64,000 nt of DNA from Chlorokybus atmophyticus (lineage: Eukaryota; Plantae; Mesostigma and Chlorokybus algae), in assembly GCA_009103225.1 (NCBI GenBank), contig RHPI01003369.1, forward strand, positions 751,500 to 815,499, written 5' to 3'. The position numbers and the translations under genes were made by a program. The notes beneath the pieces are model-generated. The model was not told the origin of the DNA, made no database searches, and saw nothing but the letters and a program-made list of their open reading frames with translations. Each line of letters starts with the position of its first letter. Within the stretch, counting starts at the first letter, position 1. Positions 13,180-26,166 of the stretch are shown here, in pieces.

Positions 13180-14420
13180 CCACCGGGCTGTCCACCTACT
13201 CACTACCTACCTTAAGTACTAACCCAACCACGTTAGACATACATGCATGCATGCACGTGTGACTACCTGCACGCAACAGCGCTGAGCGTGGTCAACGTCT
13301 ACAGTCAGCAATCAGCGGGTGCAATGAAAGGCAGCAGCAGGCACAGCGCCCCCACTCCTTCTCCTCCCTCTGCCCTTTCCTCCTCCCTCCCTCTCCCGCT
13401 CTCTCCCGCGCCTCTTCACCCTCCTCAGCCCGGTCCCCTCGCTGTGTCACAGGCCGTTTGGTCGAGGGTTTGCCCACCCTCAGGGGCTCAGTCGAGGGTC
13501 TCTCCATCTGGCAGACCCACTCGCTCAATGCCCCTCTCGCCATGCTCTCGCAGCATGTTGTGCCAGTCGTGTGGCGCGCATGCGCATGCATGCTGTAGTG
13601 CTGGTACGGGTTAGCGGTGGAGGTGTGGGGTAGGGGTTGTACAGAAGATTTTATGCTGGATTAGTCACATGCAAAGTGTGACACAGCAACAACACAGCAA
13701 CACAACATGCAGCAGTGGGCACATACCATGCTTACACTCTACACCAGCAATCCACCACCGGGCTATCTACTCTACATACCACGCTAAGCCCTTGCCCATT
13801 AGTCCAACATGCATGGTGTCTAGACACCATTTACCTGCACCGCGATGGTTAGCGACCAGCCTTCTTTATGTGCTAGTGTAGCGTGTGGGATAGTCACACA
13901 ACATGTACAAATGTATATATGTAGGTTCCAGTGTGGGCCTGGTGTATATAAGGGGTATGGTACGGTGGCAGCATGCATGGTGTGGACAATGCGAATGGCA
14001 TGCATCAGCACAAGCATACACACGCTTTACACATCAAATTTAACCACCGGGCTAGTTCTATGGCTGCTTGCTACACTACACCAATGCTAGCCCGCCCCGT
14101 TAGACATACAAGCATGCATTCAGTTAGTACCTGCTCACATGGGCGCTGGTCAGTCCGTTGTCAACCACGGCCACAGCTGCAACAGCATCAACATGCAGGA
14201 CAACTCCCCCCTCTCCCTCCGCTCCCTCTGCCTCCGCCCTCCTCTCAGCCACTACTGCGCGGGCTGCTGCGTGCCGCAGTTGTCAACAACCCTTGCCGCG
14301 CAGTGCTCACGTCAGCACTGCGCTGGGCAGGGACCTTTAGGTCGTACGCTGGGGCTGTGCTGCTGTGCTGGTCAGGTGCAGCTGGTAGGGTTGGGTGGTG
14401 GGGTTGGTGTGTACTGGGTA
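13180..14420. repeat. Diverged direct repeat units in intergenic DNA
   Basis: CCACCGGGCT at 13180, 13755 and 14044; CGTTAGACATAC at 13231 and 14098. Units 1 and 3 are each followed by a polypyrimidine tract and then a G-rich tract. Confidence 0.5.
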
Positions 14421-14962
14421 GAGCAGCTGCGCATGCTAGCAACTCGCTCGCGCTGCACGGGAGGGAGTGGAGCAAGCTGTGCGCACCGGTATACATATGT
14501 ATATAACCTTGTATACGCGATAGGCAGGCGTTTCAAAATGTTCGTGATCCACGTGACATGTCCACCTCGAAAACCAAGAAATGGCATGCTGCATGAGCGC
14601 CATAACAGATCGGGCTGGTTGACAACGTGGCGATGTTCTACATAGACTGGACTAACACATCTTCCGGACATGATACACTACAACAAGTTCACCTTCCTTA
14701 CGCCGTCACTGCATATTTCGCACCACCACCGCAGGATAATCCAGGGGGGTGCGCCGTGCCACTTGTCTAGCATTCCCTTTATACACTTTACACCAACTGT
14801 AGTTCAACACCTACCATAAAGATACTGGCGGATGACTTCACGCTGCCTGGAGACATGTACAACACCCTCACAACCACAACTACGCATTCTCATCCTTGTC
14901 TATGTTGCGCTACACACACAACTGCGCTGTGTTTCGTCTCACTCAAAACCAATAAGCGAGAC

Positions 14963-17900
14963 TCAACGTCCTTCAGGAGTAGTCTGCAAGACCTCCTCAA
15001 TGGCTTCACCGGCGTCGTGATCGAGCGGTTCAACAGCACGCGTGCTCTCGTAGTACACGAGCGCGTCAAACTGCTTCGTCACCTGTCCTCTGCCGTAGTA
15101 GTGGTGTAGACGGTCCCTCTCCGTGCTGTACACCACACCGATGTAACGCATGAAGCGATACTCCTCGTCCAACATCTCCTTGGCTTCGTTTTCGTCTTTG
15201 AAGTTGAGCCAAAAGGCTGGCAGGCCAGACTGCATGCGTTGAGGGGCTTAGTAGTTAACCAGATAGTTTTCAGGTTGATATGAGACTTGCAGAGATAATC
15301 AGTGAGCCTTCGGCATCACCTGGTAGAAAAGATGCTCATAGGAGTCTTCCCGGCATGGCATCACTTGAACGCGCTCAGGCGGGTCACCCCATTCCAATGC
15401 TGCAGTCACGGTGCCAGTGAATGTGATCTGCATGTGGAACACTTAGCAAGCAGACACAAGCATGATATGTAGAGTGAGACCAATGTATACCTGCCCTACG
15501 AGGTAAGCCTTGTCACTGCCATGCTTCTCGCGCACCAACTGGTCAAGACTGAACTCGCACCTGCTGCAAGTGTCAAAGTAGCGTTATCTGAGTAACTTGT
15601 GACAGGATGGCATCCTGTTACATGTTGGCCAGTATGCATGCGACTGCAGTCATGCGCACTTGCGCGCAGTATTATACACAGGGGAGCTTTCCTGTGACTA
15701 TCGAAGTGTAACTTACCCGGGGGCTCTCATCCAGTCTGTTGCCCGTGCGTCACCTGCATGCGAGTTGTGCGTCCACACAACAACCTTTGTTCCCTCTTCA
15801 GAGCGCTTTTGGTTGAGATACTCAATAAGAGCCTGCACAATTAGCAACAATCCGTTGACACTTGCTACGTCTGTGTGGACGTCGAGTTCGCTGTTGATTT
15901 GTTCACACTAAACTTACATCAAGTATCTTCATCATGTGCGACTCTCGCACATTCCAGGAATCATCCTGTGCCAAAAACATGGCTCTGTAGTACTTCTCAG
16001 AGTCTGCGTGCAAGTGAGTTGGCAAGAGGAACCTAAAAACCTAACAGTATGCACAGGTAGAACATGCAATCTTGGTAGCTTTCAATAAAGCAAGCAACTG
16101 CACTGCTTCAATACAGATACACTACTGAGCCTCTAGGAGGCCCCAGCAGGCGTACCTGCAACAACCAGTGCGCTTTGCTCTGCATAGAAATAGTCATCGG
16201 CAAGCTCGTTCTGGTCGCGATGCGCTTTGCTCACAATCTCACATTTCTTCTTCAGCATGTCGTTGAGCATGTCCCAGACATGCTGTTCGCAATTGGCACA
16301 GCCAAGGCTAGCTGCATGGCAATCACTTTATGAACACAAACCCGTAACGAATGCAAGGGGTCTGAACCAATGGCCTCTCTACTGCAGCAAAGGCGGTTGT
16401 TGGAGCATAGCAGTTCACATCGTTGGGATACCTGCCAGCCCATACCTGCATATTGTGCCAAATAGCCTGGTTGATCTGGTGGTGAAACTAAGTGCACATG
16501 CCGTGATCACTTCACACAAGCTACATCTCATACCATTGCTCGGAGCGGAAGGTGTCAAAGCATGTGTACCGCTGCCTTGCCTGCTCAAATAGTTCGTGGT
16601 CTTCTTTCGCCAGGAACCGAAGCACGTCTTGCATGGCTTCGCGCATGCAGTATAGATCCAGACCTGCAAAGTTGTTCAGAAGGCATCAAGTTTGAGACAC
16701 GCACCAGTAAACATACCCTATTGTATCTTCTGTACACACGTCTGTGCGAGTGCTTACCATACACGCCTACGAGGTCAGGGCCATACCGGCCTCCAGCATG
16801 GCCTGCAGCAAAGCCTTCAAGTGTTAACTCCATGGCTGATGTAAGCCAGATTTAGCAAAATTCAGCACTGAGCAGAGAAACAAAAACCAATGTGGCCTTC
16901 ATGGCTGGCTGATGGCAGGGCTTGCGCTGGCGCATTCTTCTCTGACTAGCATGCATGCACGGTAACAGTCAGCTGGTCACAAGACTGTTGTTTTGTACAC
17001 CGCAATGGGTTTACACCTCTCCACCAAAGCAAATGGCATTGCATCGCATGCAGCTTGCTTATACAAGCTTGGTGAGCGTACTGACCGTTCCAGATTTTGC
17101 CATAAGCCACATATTGTATTAGCGCAACCACCCAACGAAATCCAACATGTTGGCGTGGCGCCACATCCAGGCTGGAAATCTCCTGCGCATGTTCCAGTGC
17201 CGCAGAGTAGCTGTGTGTGTGTGTGTGCGTGCGCGCGTCCGCGCGTCCTACCAGCATTCAAGCCACGCGCAAAAAGGCACAATGGCGAGAGTGTGTTTTG
17301 CATATGGCATGCATGCGCTTTGCAAGCTAACAGCCGAGAGAAGTGATTGGCTCATGTGCACCTGAGCGAAGAAAGAGCCTCAGCCGCCACCGTCATGCTG
17401 TTGTCCACGCCGCGCACGAAGCGGTTGATGGCGTATGCATCCGGCCAGTCGGCCTCCAGCGCAATGGCTCTGAAACCATGCTCTTCTATCAACCGTCTGC
17501 AGAGCATTGAGGGTTAGCATTCTTCACATGACCCCCCCCCCCCCAAAAAAAACAACCAACTATGCGTTAGGCTGAAGCTTGCCACAGCTGTACTACAGCT
17601 GCGGCAAGCTGGGTTAGTAATCCCAGCTTGTAACATGAACTGCTGTCTTTTTAACGGTGACTTCAACCACATCAACATGAACAACATGCGTTGCTGGCGC
17701 TATGATACGTGCAAGCATTCAGTTACTAGAAAGGCTTGTGAGTAACCAGTGCATAATGGCGATGGCGATGTGTGTAAGAGACGCAAGCGTTTCACATGCC
17801 AACAAGATGAGAATGGGAGGTACCTGGTGATGATGTTGCGCTCGCTGTAGAAGTCATGTGTACCGTGTGAGCCCCTGCCTATCAGCACGAATTGTGCTTT

Positions 17901-18441
17901 GCCAGCCTCTTTGAGCAGCTCGTTGTAGGAAGTAGCGGCGCCCGTGAGCTACAGCAAGCATGCACAGCAATGGTCAGCATACAAACAGGAACAGGAAGTC
18001 GGTCAAACGACTTCTTCTTCGTGAGTTATACCATATTGTCAATGCACCCTTGAGGCCAAAGCAACTGAGCGACTTTACGAGCGGCTTGTAAAATGCTTCC
18101 GCCCGTAACCGTTACCAAGCGCAAGCACAGATTGTTTGTGCAATCAAAGCAATACTCACACAAGCTATGCTGCAAAACTATGGCTCCTACAGCTTTTGCT
18201 CTGGTACCCACTGCATGCTGCCCCATGTAAGACCACTGGTGGGCCTCTAGTAGGGCTTAAAAGGTCTCTGCTACATTCTGCAAAGCTTACATGAAGTGCA
18301 AGCTGCAAAAGCAATGCAGCTTGCACTTGCCTGGATGGCATGCTTCCGTATCTTCTGTCCCTGGGCGGAAGCCGCCTGAGGCCTCTTGATGCCCCAGATC
18401 ACATGGTCGCCAGCCTCTGGGGGCGTCGGCGTCTCCATCAT
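14963..18441 (-). pseudogene. Erythromycin esterase family gene, copy B (full length, premature stop)
   Basis: MMETPTPP...IRKHAIQ | LTGAATSYNELLKEAGKAQFVLIGRGSHGTHDFY | [15 protein letters not shown] | RFPAWMWRH...GWLR*YN | GLDLYC | WTHNSHAGDARAT | ...KQFDALVYYESTRA...TPEGR*. In-frame TAA at 17119-17121 where copies A and C encode Glu (WLREYN). First intron has a GC donor. Confidence 0.85.
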
Positions 18442-20243
18442 GCTGCTTGCTGTTGCAATGCTTGCAATTGCGCAAGACCTCACCCGTGAATGGCACTGTG
18501 AGCGTCACCACACTGTTTCCTCTTCCTGCTTCACCTCCTGCTTAATCCCGCCCTCCCTCTGCTGCTCCCCAGCGAGGCTGTGCGCTCGCTTGATTTGCCA
18601 TGCATGCTTCTTCAAGCTGAATCTGACGAAAAGGCATGCTTGGCTTGCAGCCATCCAAGCTACTGCTGATGTGTCCACACCCCGCTTGCGTCCTACCACG
18701 CAAACATAGTAGGTATGTTGAGAGCAGCAGTCCCACTGCAGATAGCGATAAGCCTCGCAGCTTTGACAGCTTGCACACATACAACCGTCACATATTTCGT
18801 GGGGCTGCTACCACATCTCGTTGTGGATGGATACGGCCACTGTGAGGCCATGCCACGCACCGTGTGAACTACGCAGCTTTCATGGCTGGAGAGCAACCTT
18901 TCACAGCCTTAAGCACACATGTCAAACGCTCCTGTCATCCTACTGTGGTCTTGAACGCAGCTAAAGAGGTTGGCGGAGGCGAGCTCCTCTCCTCTAAGCA
19001 CCTCATGCATGACTGTCTTGACTACGCATAATGCTTGTCGCAGTCACACTGTGCGTTGCGCAGCACGAAGCACAAGGCGGCGGAGAGCTTCACCAGCTAC
19101 TGCAACTAGGTGGGCTCCTATCATAGGCGAAGGCACTGCTGCTCTGGGTGATAAACGTCAATGGCTTGATTAAATCGCTTGATAGAGTCTTATTGAGCAG
19201 CACCAAGTCTTCACCCGAGGCGGTGTACACCGCTAGGCGTGATGATGAGGTGGATGGACAGGTAGCAGGCCTCCTGGCATGATGGTGATTACTCATAGGA
19301 GAAAATAGCCACACTTTGGCATGATGTAAATCACGTTTGGTCGGCAATAAGCCAAGTTGGTTTTGAGATGAAATGCTTATTTGCAGCTCTACTAGCAGCT
19401 CCCTTCGACTGGGCTATGCATGCATGCTAGCTGCATGTATAGGCCAGGTTTTCGTGCACACATGATGGTGATCTGTAATGTAGCGATTGTTGTGTTCGTT
19501 CAGTGCATTGTAGCGGAGCCTGTGGCGCAGCCTTGCAACCATCCCAACGACTGCATTTTCCCTTCTCTCATACACCCGTGTACAAATGTGCTATGGTACT
19601 AGCTATAGTACAGGCAGCACATCGCACACCGCATGTACCTATGTAATGAGGTTGTAGCTATAGGAAAAAGCAATTTTCCGTATTTTATGGTCTCCAACAA
19701 AACATGCTGACAGAGATGCGCACCACTGTGGCGCCCGCGTGAGCACCAGGGTCTTCATTAACACATGCTGGCAAGCTGTAGCTGCAGCTCCGGCAACCAA
19801 TTGCCTGATGCGGTCCTATGGCGAGAAGTGGCTACTAGTACAGATAGCACATAGCCAACTGGGTGACCTCTTTGTGTGTGTGCGCGCGTGCAGCATGCGC
19901 TTCATGTTGTTGCACACGGCGAGTTATAGTATGCACACGTCATGCACGCACACAGCGGCAGCGGATTCATGGTGAGAGTGCGAGTTTACCGCTAGCCGCG
20001 TGGTGACATGGCTTGCGCACAAGGCACACACATGGTTCACACGTACTCAGTGTCATTACCTAAATTGATGACTGACATCCAAGTGCACCTCTGTTGCGGA
20101 TGCAACGCAAGAGGGTGAGTGTACGCCAATGCTTGTCGGACAAGCTGTTTACGCTAACCATAGCACCGTCCTCAGCAGTTGAGCTGTCACAAGTGACCAC
20201 ATCCAACACTGAGACAATGACACAGATACCATGCGACTTGCAG

Positions 20244-20848
20244 TAGGTGTGAGTTCAGTCTTGGCCAGCTGGCGCGCGGGAGAAGCACGGCAGTGACAGG
20301 GCTTATATACGCAGGGCAGGTATGCATTGGTGTCAATCTGTAGGTAGACCTGATCGTGTTCGTTTGCTGCAGTGGTTTATGTGAATAGATCACATTCGCT
20401 GGCACGGTGACTGCAGCACCGGAATGCGGCGAACCACCTGAGCACGTGCGAGTGCTGCCATGTCAGGAAGAATCTTATGATAAACTCCTCTAACAGGTGA
20501 TGCTTGAATCTCTCTGTGTATCCCTGCCATCTACACTATAGCCTGCAAACATGTACTCAACTGTTGGTGTTGTCTGATGTATGCAGTCTGGCCTACCAGC
20601 CTTCTGGCTCAACTTCAGAGACACCAATGAAGCCAAGGAGATGTTGGACAAGGAGTATCTCTTCATGCGTTACAGTCCGTGTGGTGTACAGCACAGAGAG
20701 GGACCGTCTACATCACTACTATGGCAGAGGACAGGTGACGAAGCAGTTTGATGCCCTTGTCTACTATGAGGACACGCGTGCTGTGGAACCACTCGATCAT
20801 GACCCCGGCGAATCCATTGAAGAGGTCCCGCCAGACTGTTCCGGATAG
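20244..20848 (+). pseudogene. Erythromycin esterase family 3' fragment, copy E (inverted, last three exons)
   Basis: Exon remnants CEFSLGQL.. (indels), ITFAGTVTAAPECGEPPE...SYDKLL*Q (in-frame TAA) and SGLPAFWLNFRDTNEAKEMLDKEYLFMRY / VVYSTERDRLHHYYGRGQVTKQFDALVYYEDTRAVEPLDHD (frameshift). Homology to copy B continues about 150-170 nt into the 3' flank. Confidence 0.88.
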
Positions 20849-21885
20849 ATGTTGAGTGTCGGTATTGGTTTTATGTGACACAAAGCACATCGCAGTCGCA
20901 GCATAGAACAGCACACAACAAGAATAAGAATGCGTAGCCCGTAATTGTGAATTTGTACAGTTCTCCAGGCAGCGCTTTAGTCATCCCTCAGTAATGTAGT
21001 GGTCGTAGGTGCAAAGGCCTTGAAAGAGATGGTTAGACAAGTCTGCATTCTTTCTTCATGCTGCGGGCGTGGTGGGAAATGCGCAATGGACAGCATAAGA
21101 AAGGTGAACATGCGTGCAGCTCGCGTCGGGAAGTAGCTGAAAATTGCCAGTTCACGTAGAGAGAAACAAGTACTTTGTCACGGAAATGTACATGTGCTTG
21201 CTATATGCAGTCCCGGCGCTCCCTACGCCTCCGCATATCCGCACACAGATGATGCTACTGACTGGTCATCAGCACGCGCATGGGAGCCGTCTCATCGTTG
21301 TTGTCATTGTCCTGATGCCGTGTTGACGGTGCAGATGGCATGGCAGGTATTATGACTGCCGAGGGGCAGTGCACGTGAGGGTAGACAGGCTAGGTGCAGC
21401 ACATAGCCTGGCGGTTACGAACGTGATGTTTGGGTGAGTGCATCACGGGCGCAACACGCATGTGTGGGTGTGTCATGGTGCCGGGCACGAAGTAATAGAA
21501 TTCATGCAAGTATGTGTTAGCATGTGTTGCTGAGTACGCATGCACACACACAAATGGTCGCAGACCGGCCCACCTCAGCACTGATGTTATATACACAATG
21601 CATGCACCGACAGTCACACCCGCCGCCTTCATGGTGTGCATCGATATTCGTTTCATGCAATCGATGGTGTAGACTATCTTGATCTACAAACTCAAAACTC
21701 CCATCACAATCTCAAGTAACAAGGTATATGTACGTGCGTGTAACTGTGTCGCACATAAAGCAGTGGTTGGTGAGCCAGTGCCAGTACTATTCAACCTATC
21801 TTTTGCAACTGCATAAACCAGCTGATAGCATGGTGCGTAGTGCCAACGGCATCCCACCCAACCAGCACCACACATGTACCCTGCA

Positions 21886-24010
21886 TCACTCCACATCTAC
21901 AACTACAAGGCATGAACTGTTCGGGAGCTGCATGCACACGCGGTTGGCATACACCGCAGATCTGCACCTGGCTATGTCCCACTCCGCACCATAGAGTGGG
22001 TGAGGGGAGCAGACAACAACACCATCCTGTGTACAATTCAAGCAGCGCACTTTACCTGTGGCGCCATTGCACAGCAGCCACGTGTGTACCGACACCCACT
22101 CACCATCCTTCCACATCTGCATTTGATCGCTAAGTACATACGACACCATATGTCCACTAACTCTGCAATCAACACGTTTGCAGCAAGTTACATCGAGTTT
22201 CGTGATGCAAGTGGCATTATTCTCTCCAGAAAGTGAAGTGGACCTGGACCATAACTGGAACTGGCTGCGTATCTGAGAGTGGGTATAGGGTAACTGCACC
22301 GTGCGCAGTGATGTGACAATCACCGCCAAAGCCATGGGGAGCAATGCCAACTGGTTCAGCTCGTGTTCAAGACATATCAAATCCTTCACCTCGAGGAAGC
22401 ACTCTTGGGTGGTGGTACTCAGCACGCTTATGATATTGTGATTTGTGTCATCGTTGCAGGCTGTGGCCACCTCAACAACAGCGGCGTTTATCATGCCAGA
22501 TGGCACGGGATGGCCCCTGGAATCCAAATGTACACTGAGTGGTAGAAAGTCACCAACATCAACTGCCAACTCCTTGTATTCGTTCAGATCCATCCTCCAA
22601 AGCCCGAGTTTATGATGGACTTGATGGAAAAGCAACACTGTGTCGCCATGCACAGCCAACACAATAGACGAAGGAGTCTCATAGATCTGTAAACGTGCAG
22701 CACGTTGGATGTCCCACACCTCCACATGGTTGACCTCTGAACAGCTGAGCACAGCGACCAGGAGCAGCTCCCCATTCCAATAAAGGCGGACAATTGGTTT
22801 TGACCTGCCAACATCCTCACGGAGTCGCCCACACGCTATGCTTGAACAGCTGTCATCCAACAAGTTCCACACATGCAGCTCCAACTCCCCACCCCCACCC
22901 CAGCAGGCTGAAACCACGCAATCAGCGCCACAGAAACACACGTCCAAGACTCTTTTGTCTGCGTCCGACCGTGGTAGCAAAGTGCAACTTTCTGTTGGAT
23001 GATGCTTGCGGTGCTGCTGCACATTGTCACCAGGGGATGAGTGCGCGGCGATGAAGACCGTGCGCCAATCAGTGAGCCAGCCAGGGTCTTGTCTGTGTCG
23101 CTCGGCGTAATCAGGGTAATCTCTCTCACAATACTTGCGCCAGAGGTTGTCTTGCTTGGATGTCGCCCTCCAGTGCCTGGAACGTAGTCAGGTATAAGAT
23201 AGATGAACAATTGAGTAAATGAGTGAAAACACACCAGTATGAGACTGCGCTTGCGAACGCATGCAGTGTGAAGTCTGCACGCACAGAAAGAAAATTGGTT
23301 TGCTGCTGGAAAGCTCCTTTATAAGGGCAAACTGACAGTATCGCATAGCATGAAAGGTATAACCCGACCAATTTCTTCATTTTACACAATGACAGAACCA
23401 GAGAGGGCAGTTACATCCAACACGTTTGCGGTTGGATAAGTTTATGCATGGCCTGCAGGAGTCTGAAGATGCTGCCAGCACAGGAACCTCGGGCCGTTAC
23501 CAACCTCATGCAATAGCAATGCTTGCTGTAAACTTACTTGCTTGGCAGTCGTCGACTTCCTCAACACACAAATGAGCTGGAAAGGCAATACACAAGACTA
23601 GAGCTGGAGAGGCGAAGACACAAGACACAATACACAACATGGATAAGCCAAGCACCGAACCAGACAATTGTTTACATGCATATAATACAAATCCATCAGC
23701 AGTCACGTCACCAATTCAAGCTGAGCGACTGTTAATTATTGTACGAAGAACTTTGACAGCAACCGACTCTGCATGCAACAGCAGACGCGCCGTTTCACTC
23801 TCAGCCGCCACAGCAAGTCAGCAAGAACAGGCTGCCTGCTGCCTGCTGCCTGTTTGCTGCTGCTATCGCTTACCAGCAAACAGCGGACGCCGCCACAGCT
23901 TCCTGCCACCCCGCACGCTCCAGCACCAACTCCAGGAAGTCGGCGTGCAGCTGACCCCAGTCGACGCCGCCCACGCCGTCGCCATCACCGCCGCCGTCGC
24001 CGCCCTCCAT
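21886..24010 (-). CDS. F-box protein with predicted WD40-like/beta-propeller C-terminal region (2 exons, 475 aa)
   Basis: Exon 1, 24010-23874: MEGGDGGG...VDWGQLHADFLELVLERAGWQEAVAASAVCW|gtaagc. Exon 2, 23176-21886: HWRATSKQDNLWRKYCERDYP..., continuing into the 378-aa ORF. The phase-2 join gives 1428 nt. DWxxL..LxLVL...ASAVCxxWR...DxLW matches the F-box pattern. LHVWNL, VEVWDI and LGLWRM suggest propeller blades (inference). Confidence 0.8.
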
Positions 24011-24260
24011 CGCCGCCCGCTACAAAACACAGCTATAGCACACTGCGTCTGTCACAGCTGCTTGGCTTTGCTTGGCTTCCTTATCGCTACTAGTAAACAG
24101 ATGAGTAATCTGCTTGGTTGCATAGCTTGTATGCAGGCAACCACGAGCCTATCGAATGAATACATTACACGGTTGCCAATTGGCGGTTGTGTAGTGTCCA
24201 ACGCTACATTACTCAAACACAATCATACGGTGGGCTATACACGAGCAATGTCCTCAAGCG

Positions 24261-24302
24261 CTCCTTACGTGTACATGCTATCTATCATGTACACGTAAGG
24301 AG
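24261..24302. other. Perfect inverted repeat (17-bp stem, 8-nt loop)
   Basis: CTCCTTACGTGTACATG (24261-24277), loop CTATCTAT, CATGTACACGTAAGGAG (24286-24302); the arms are exact reverse complements. Confidence 0.95.
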
Positions 24303-24850
24303 GGGGCTGCATGCACTGCAGCTGTAGCCAGAGCCGTAATGGATGTGGCCTGCGCGCGCTGGAACGTGACAGATATGCGCTGGTGGAAGGCAGTCATAAA
24401 GCGTGATAGATACCGCATCTCCAACTCACGAGCATCCAATGCTCGGCGCACACAAGTGGCCAACAAGTCCATCAACGGGCGACCCATCCAACCATGCGAC
24501 TCGATCGCCAACGGGATCAGTATGTCTGTCGGGACATGGTTCGAGTACTTGGAGCGCTTCTCTCGCTCCGCACTTTGTGCAGCTGAGCCTGCTAGGTAGT
24601 GGCTGCCGGTGATGGTGACATCGAGCAGCATGCGCGAGTCTCGACCCCGCTCCGAGGCAACGATGTCGATACAACGTCCCTGACGCTCACCCTCTCGGAC
24701 AAGTAGTACCCCTGTTTGCTCGCAACGCACGGTGTAGCTCGCCTTCGCCTCCGCATAATGCCAGCAACAGCGTTGCGCACAACATCGTGTGTCACAATGC
24801 GATGGTTGTGGCGCATACAAGATGCATATCACTAGTTGTTTCAATATCAC
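24278..24850 (-). mobile_element. 5'-truncated, frameshifted non-LTR retrotransposon relic (restriction-like endonuclease domain plus end of the CCHC finger)
   Basis: Across frameshifts: DMHLVC / HRIVTHDVVRNAVA / RCIDIV...LLDVTI...AEREKRSKY...LIPLAIESHGWMG...QRISVTFQRAQA. This matches the H-x3-C, RHD, (P)D..D, E-x2-K-x2-KY and PLxxExxG motifs of RLE-bearing LINEs (CRE/R2/NeSL/RandI-type). No RT domain in the window. Confidence 0.85.
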
Positions 24851-26166
24851 AACAACTGCAAACCACTCAATTGCACTTCAGCAGCACGAGAACGCCCTTA
24901 CATCAAGGTTCAAGTTGTTACATCATGTCTGATTTTGTGCACTCACAGCTGAGATGATGATGATGCCCCAGTGTGCTTCATAACGCAGCACAAGGGTGTC
25001 GTTGTTGTTGTGGTTGTTGTCGTCGCTTGCTATAGCGGGCACATCTGGTTGGACAGCCTTCGAACGACCGCGAGCAACATACATGCACATGTTGTGTACA
25101 CAATCTGTCACAGTGTGGCACATGCAGTGTGCATTGTGTGAGGAAGTTACCAGGTGCCTTGTAACACTTAGAGTGCCATCATGCAGCTTCAAAGGTCGTC
25201 CAAGGGTGCAACCAGATCTGCCTTCTTGTGGCTTGTGAATGCTAGTCTCAGCAGCAACGCCAACCTCATACATGCAAGCCCCTCTTGGTATTGACTAACA
25301 ACATGAGGTTGTGCGCATGTCTGCGTCGCATACAACCATACTATCTCATACATGCATGCTCAAGTCCCCTGCACGCATTCGGGTGTTGCACACAGATTTG
25401 GCTTGGCTTCACAGAGGCCTACGACGCACACCAGCAGCCAGTGCATCTCACACTTGTCACTGCTGCCTGCTGTGTTGCTTCCAAAAGACCCTCCCAATGC
25501 TATCCTGGTAACGTACATCATGCAAGTAGGCTTACTTGTCTGCCTGCGGCGCATCACATGAAGAGAAGAAGCCTGCTTTGCAATTGATTGCCGCTGAGCA
25601 AGCTTCCTCCTACCAACATGAAGGTCTGAAAAGTCTGTCTTGAACTGACACTGACAGACGCCCTGAGAAGCTGTATGCCGCTGTGTATGTGGTTGGTAAT
25701 GTGGTTGGTAACGTGGATAGGAAAGGCATAACAGAGACGCTGACCCCGGAAGGAAGGGAGCGTGCATTTGAGATGCGGAGTCAAGAGGCTCAGCGCGGCT
25801 TCCAGCCAGGGGGAGTGCATTCGCAAGCACGCTGTTCAGGTAGCACTTCGTTGCTGACCACTGCAACACTAGTGCAAGGTCAAGGGCTTGACAACCGTTT
25901 TTGTCAGCAAGTATAATGTGTTTGTTGACAAACACATGTATAATGGAGCACCCCGTAAACACGGTGTGTTGGCACAAGGAATCGCAAAGAGCAGCGCAGT
26001 GAGTGACTTATGGGGTGGGGCTTTGCTGCTGCAATCCATTATCTCAAGTAGCTGGCAGTTGGAGAACCGGGCCTCTCAGGTGCTGTTGGCAACAAACCTG
26101 ACTGCTGTCCGTGCTGTTGCGTTTGTAGCTCACGGGCGCTGATTCAACCTGAAGTTCATATTACAG

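Noticed and set aside
14745-14770. Possible Helitron 3' end (GC-rich stretch then CTAG)
   Set aside because: Hairpin is imperfect, CTAG is not followed by T, and there is no 5' TC end or Rep/helicase remnant.
23229-23290. FASAVSYW followed by GT inside the F-box intron, resembling the end of exon 1 (ASAVCW)
   Set aside because: Similarity is too short and no matching upstream F-box start was found; could be chance.
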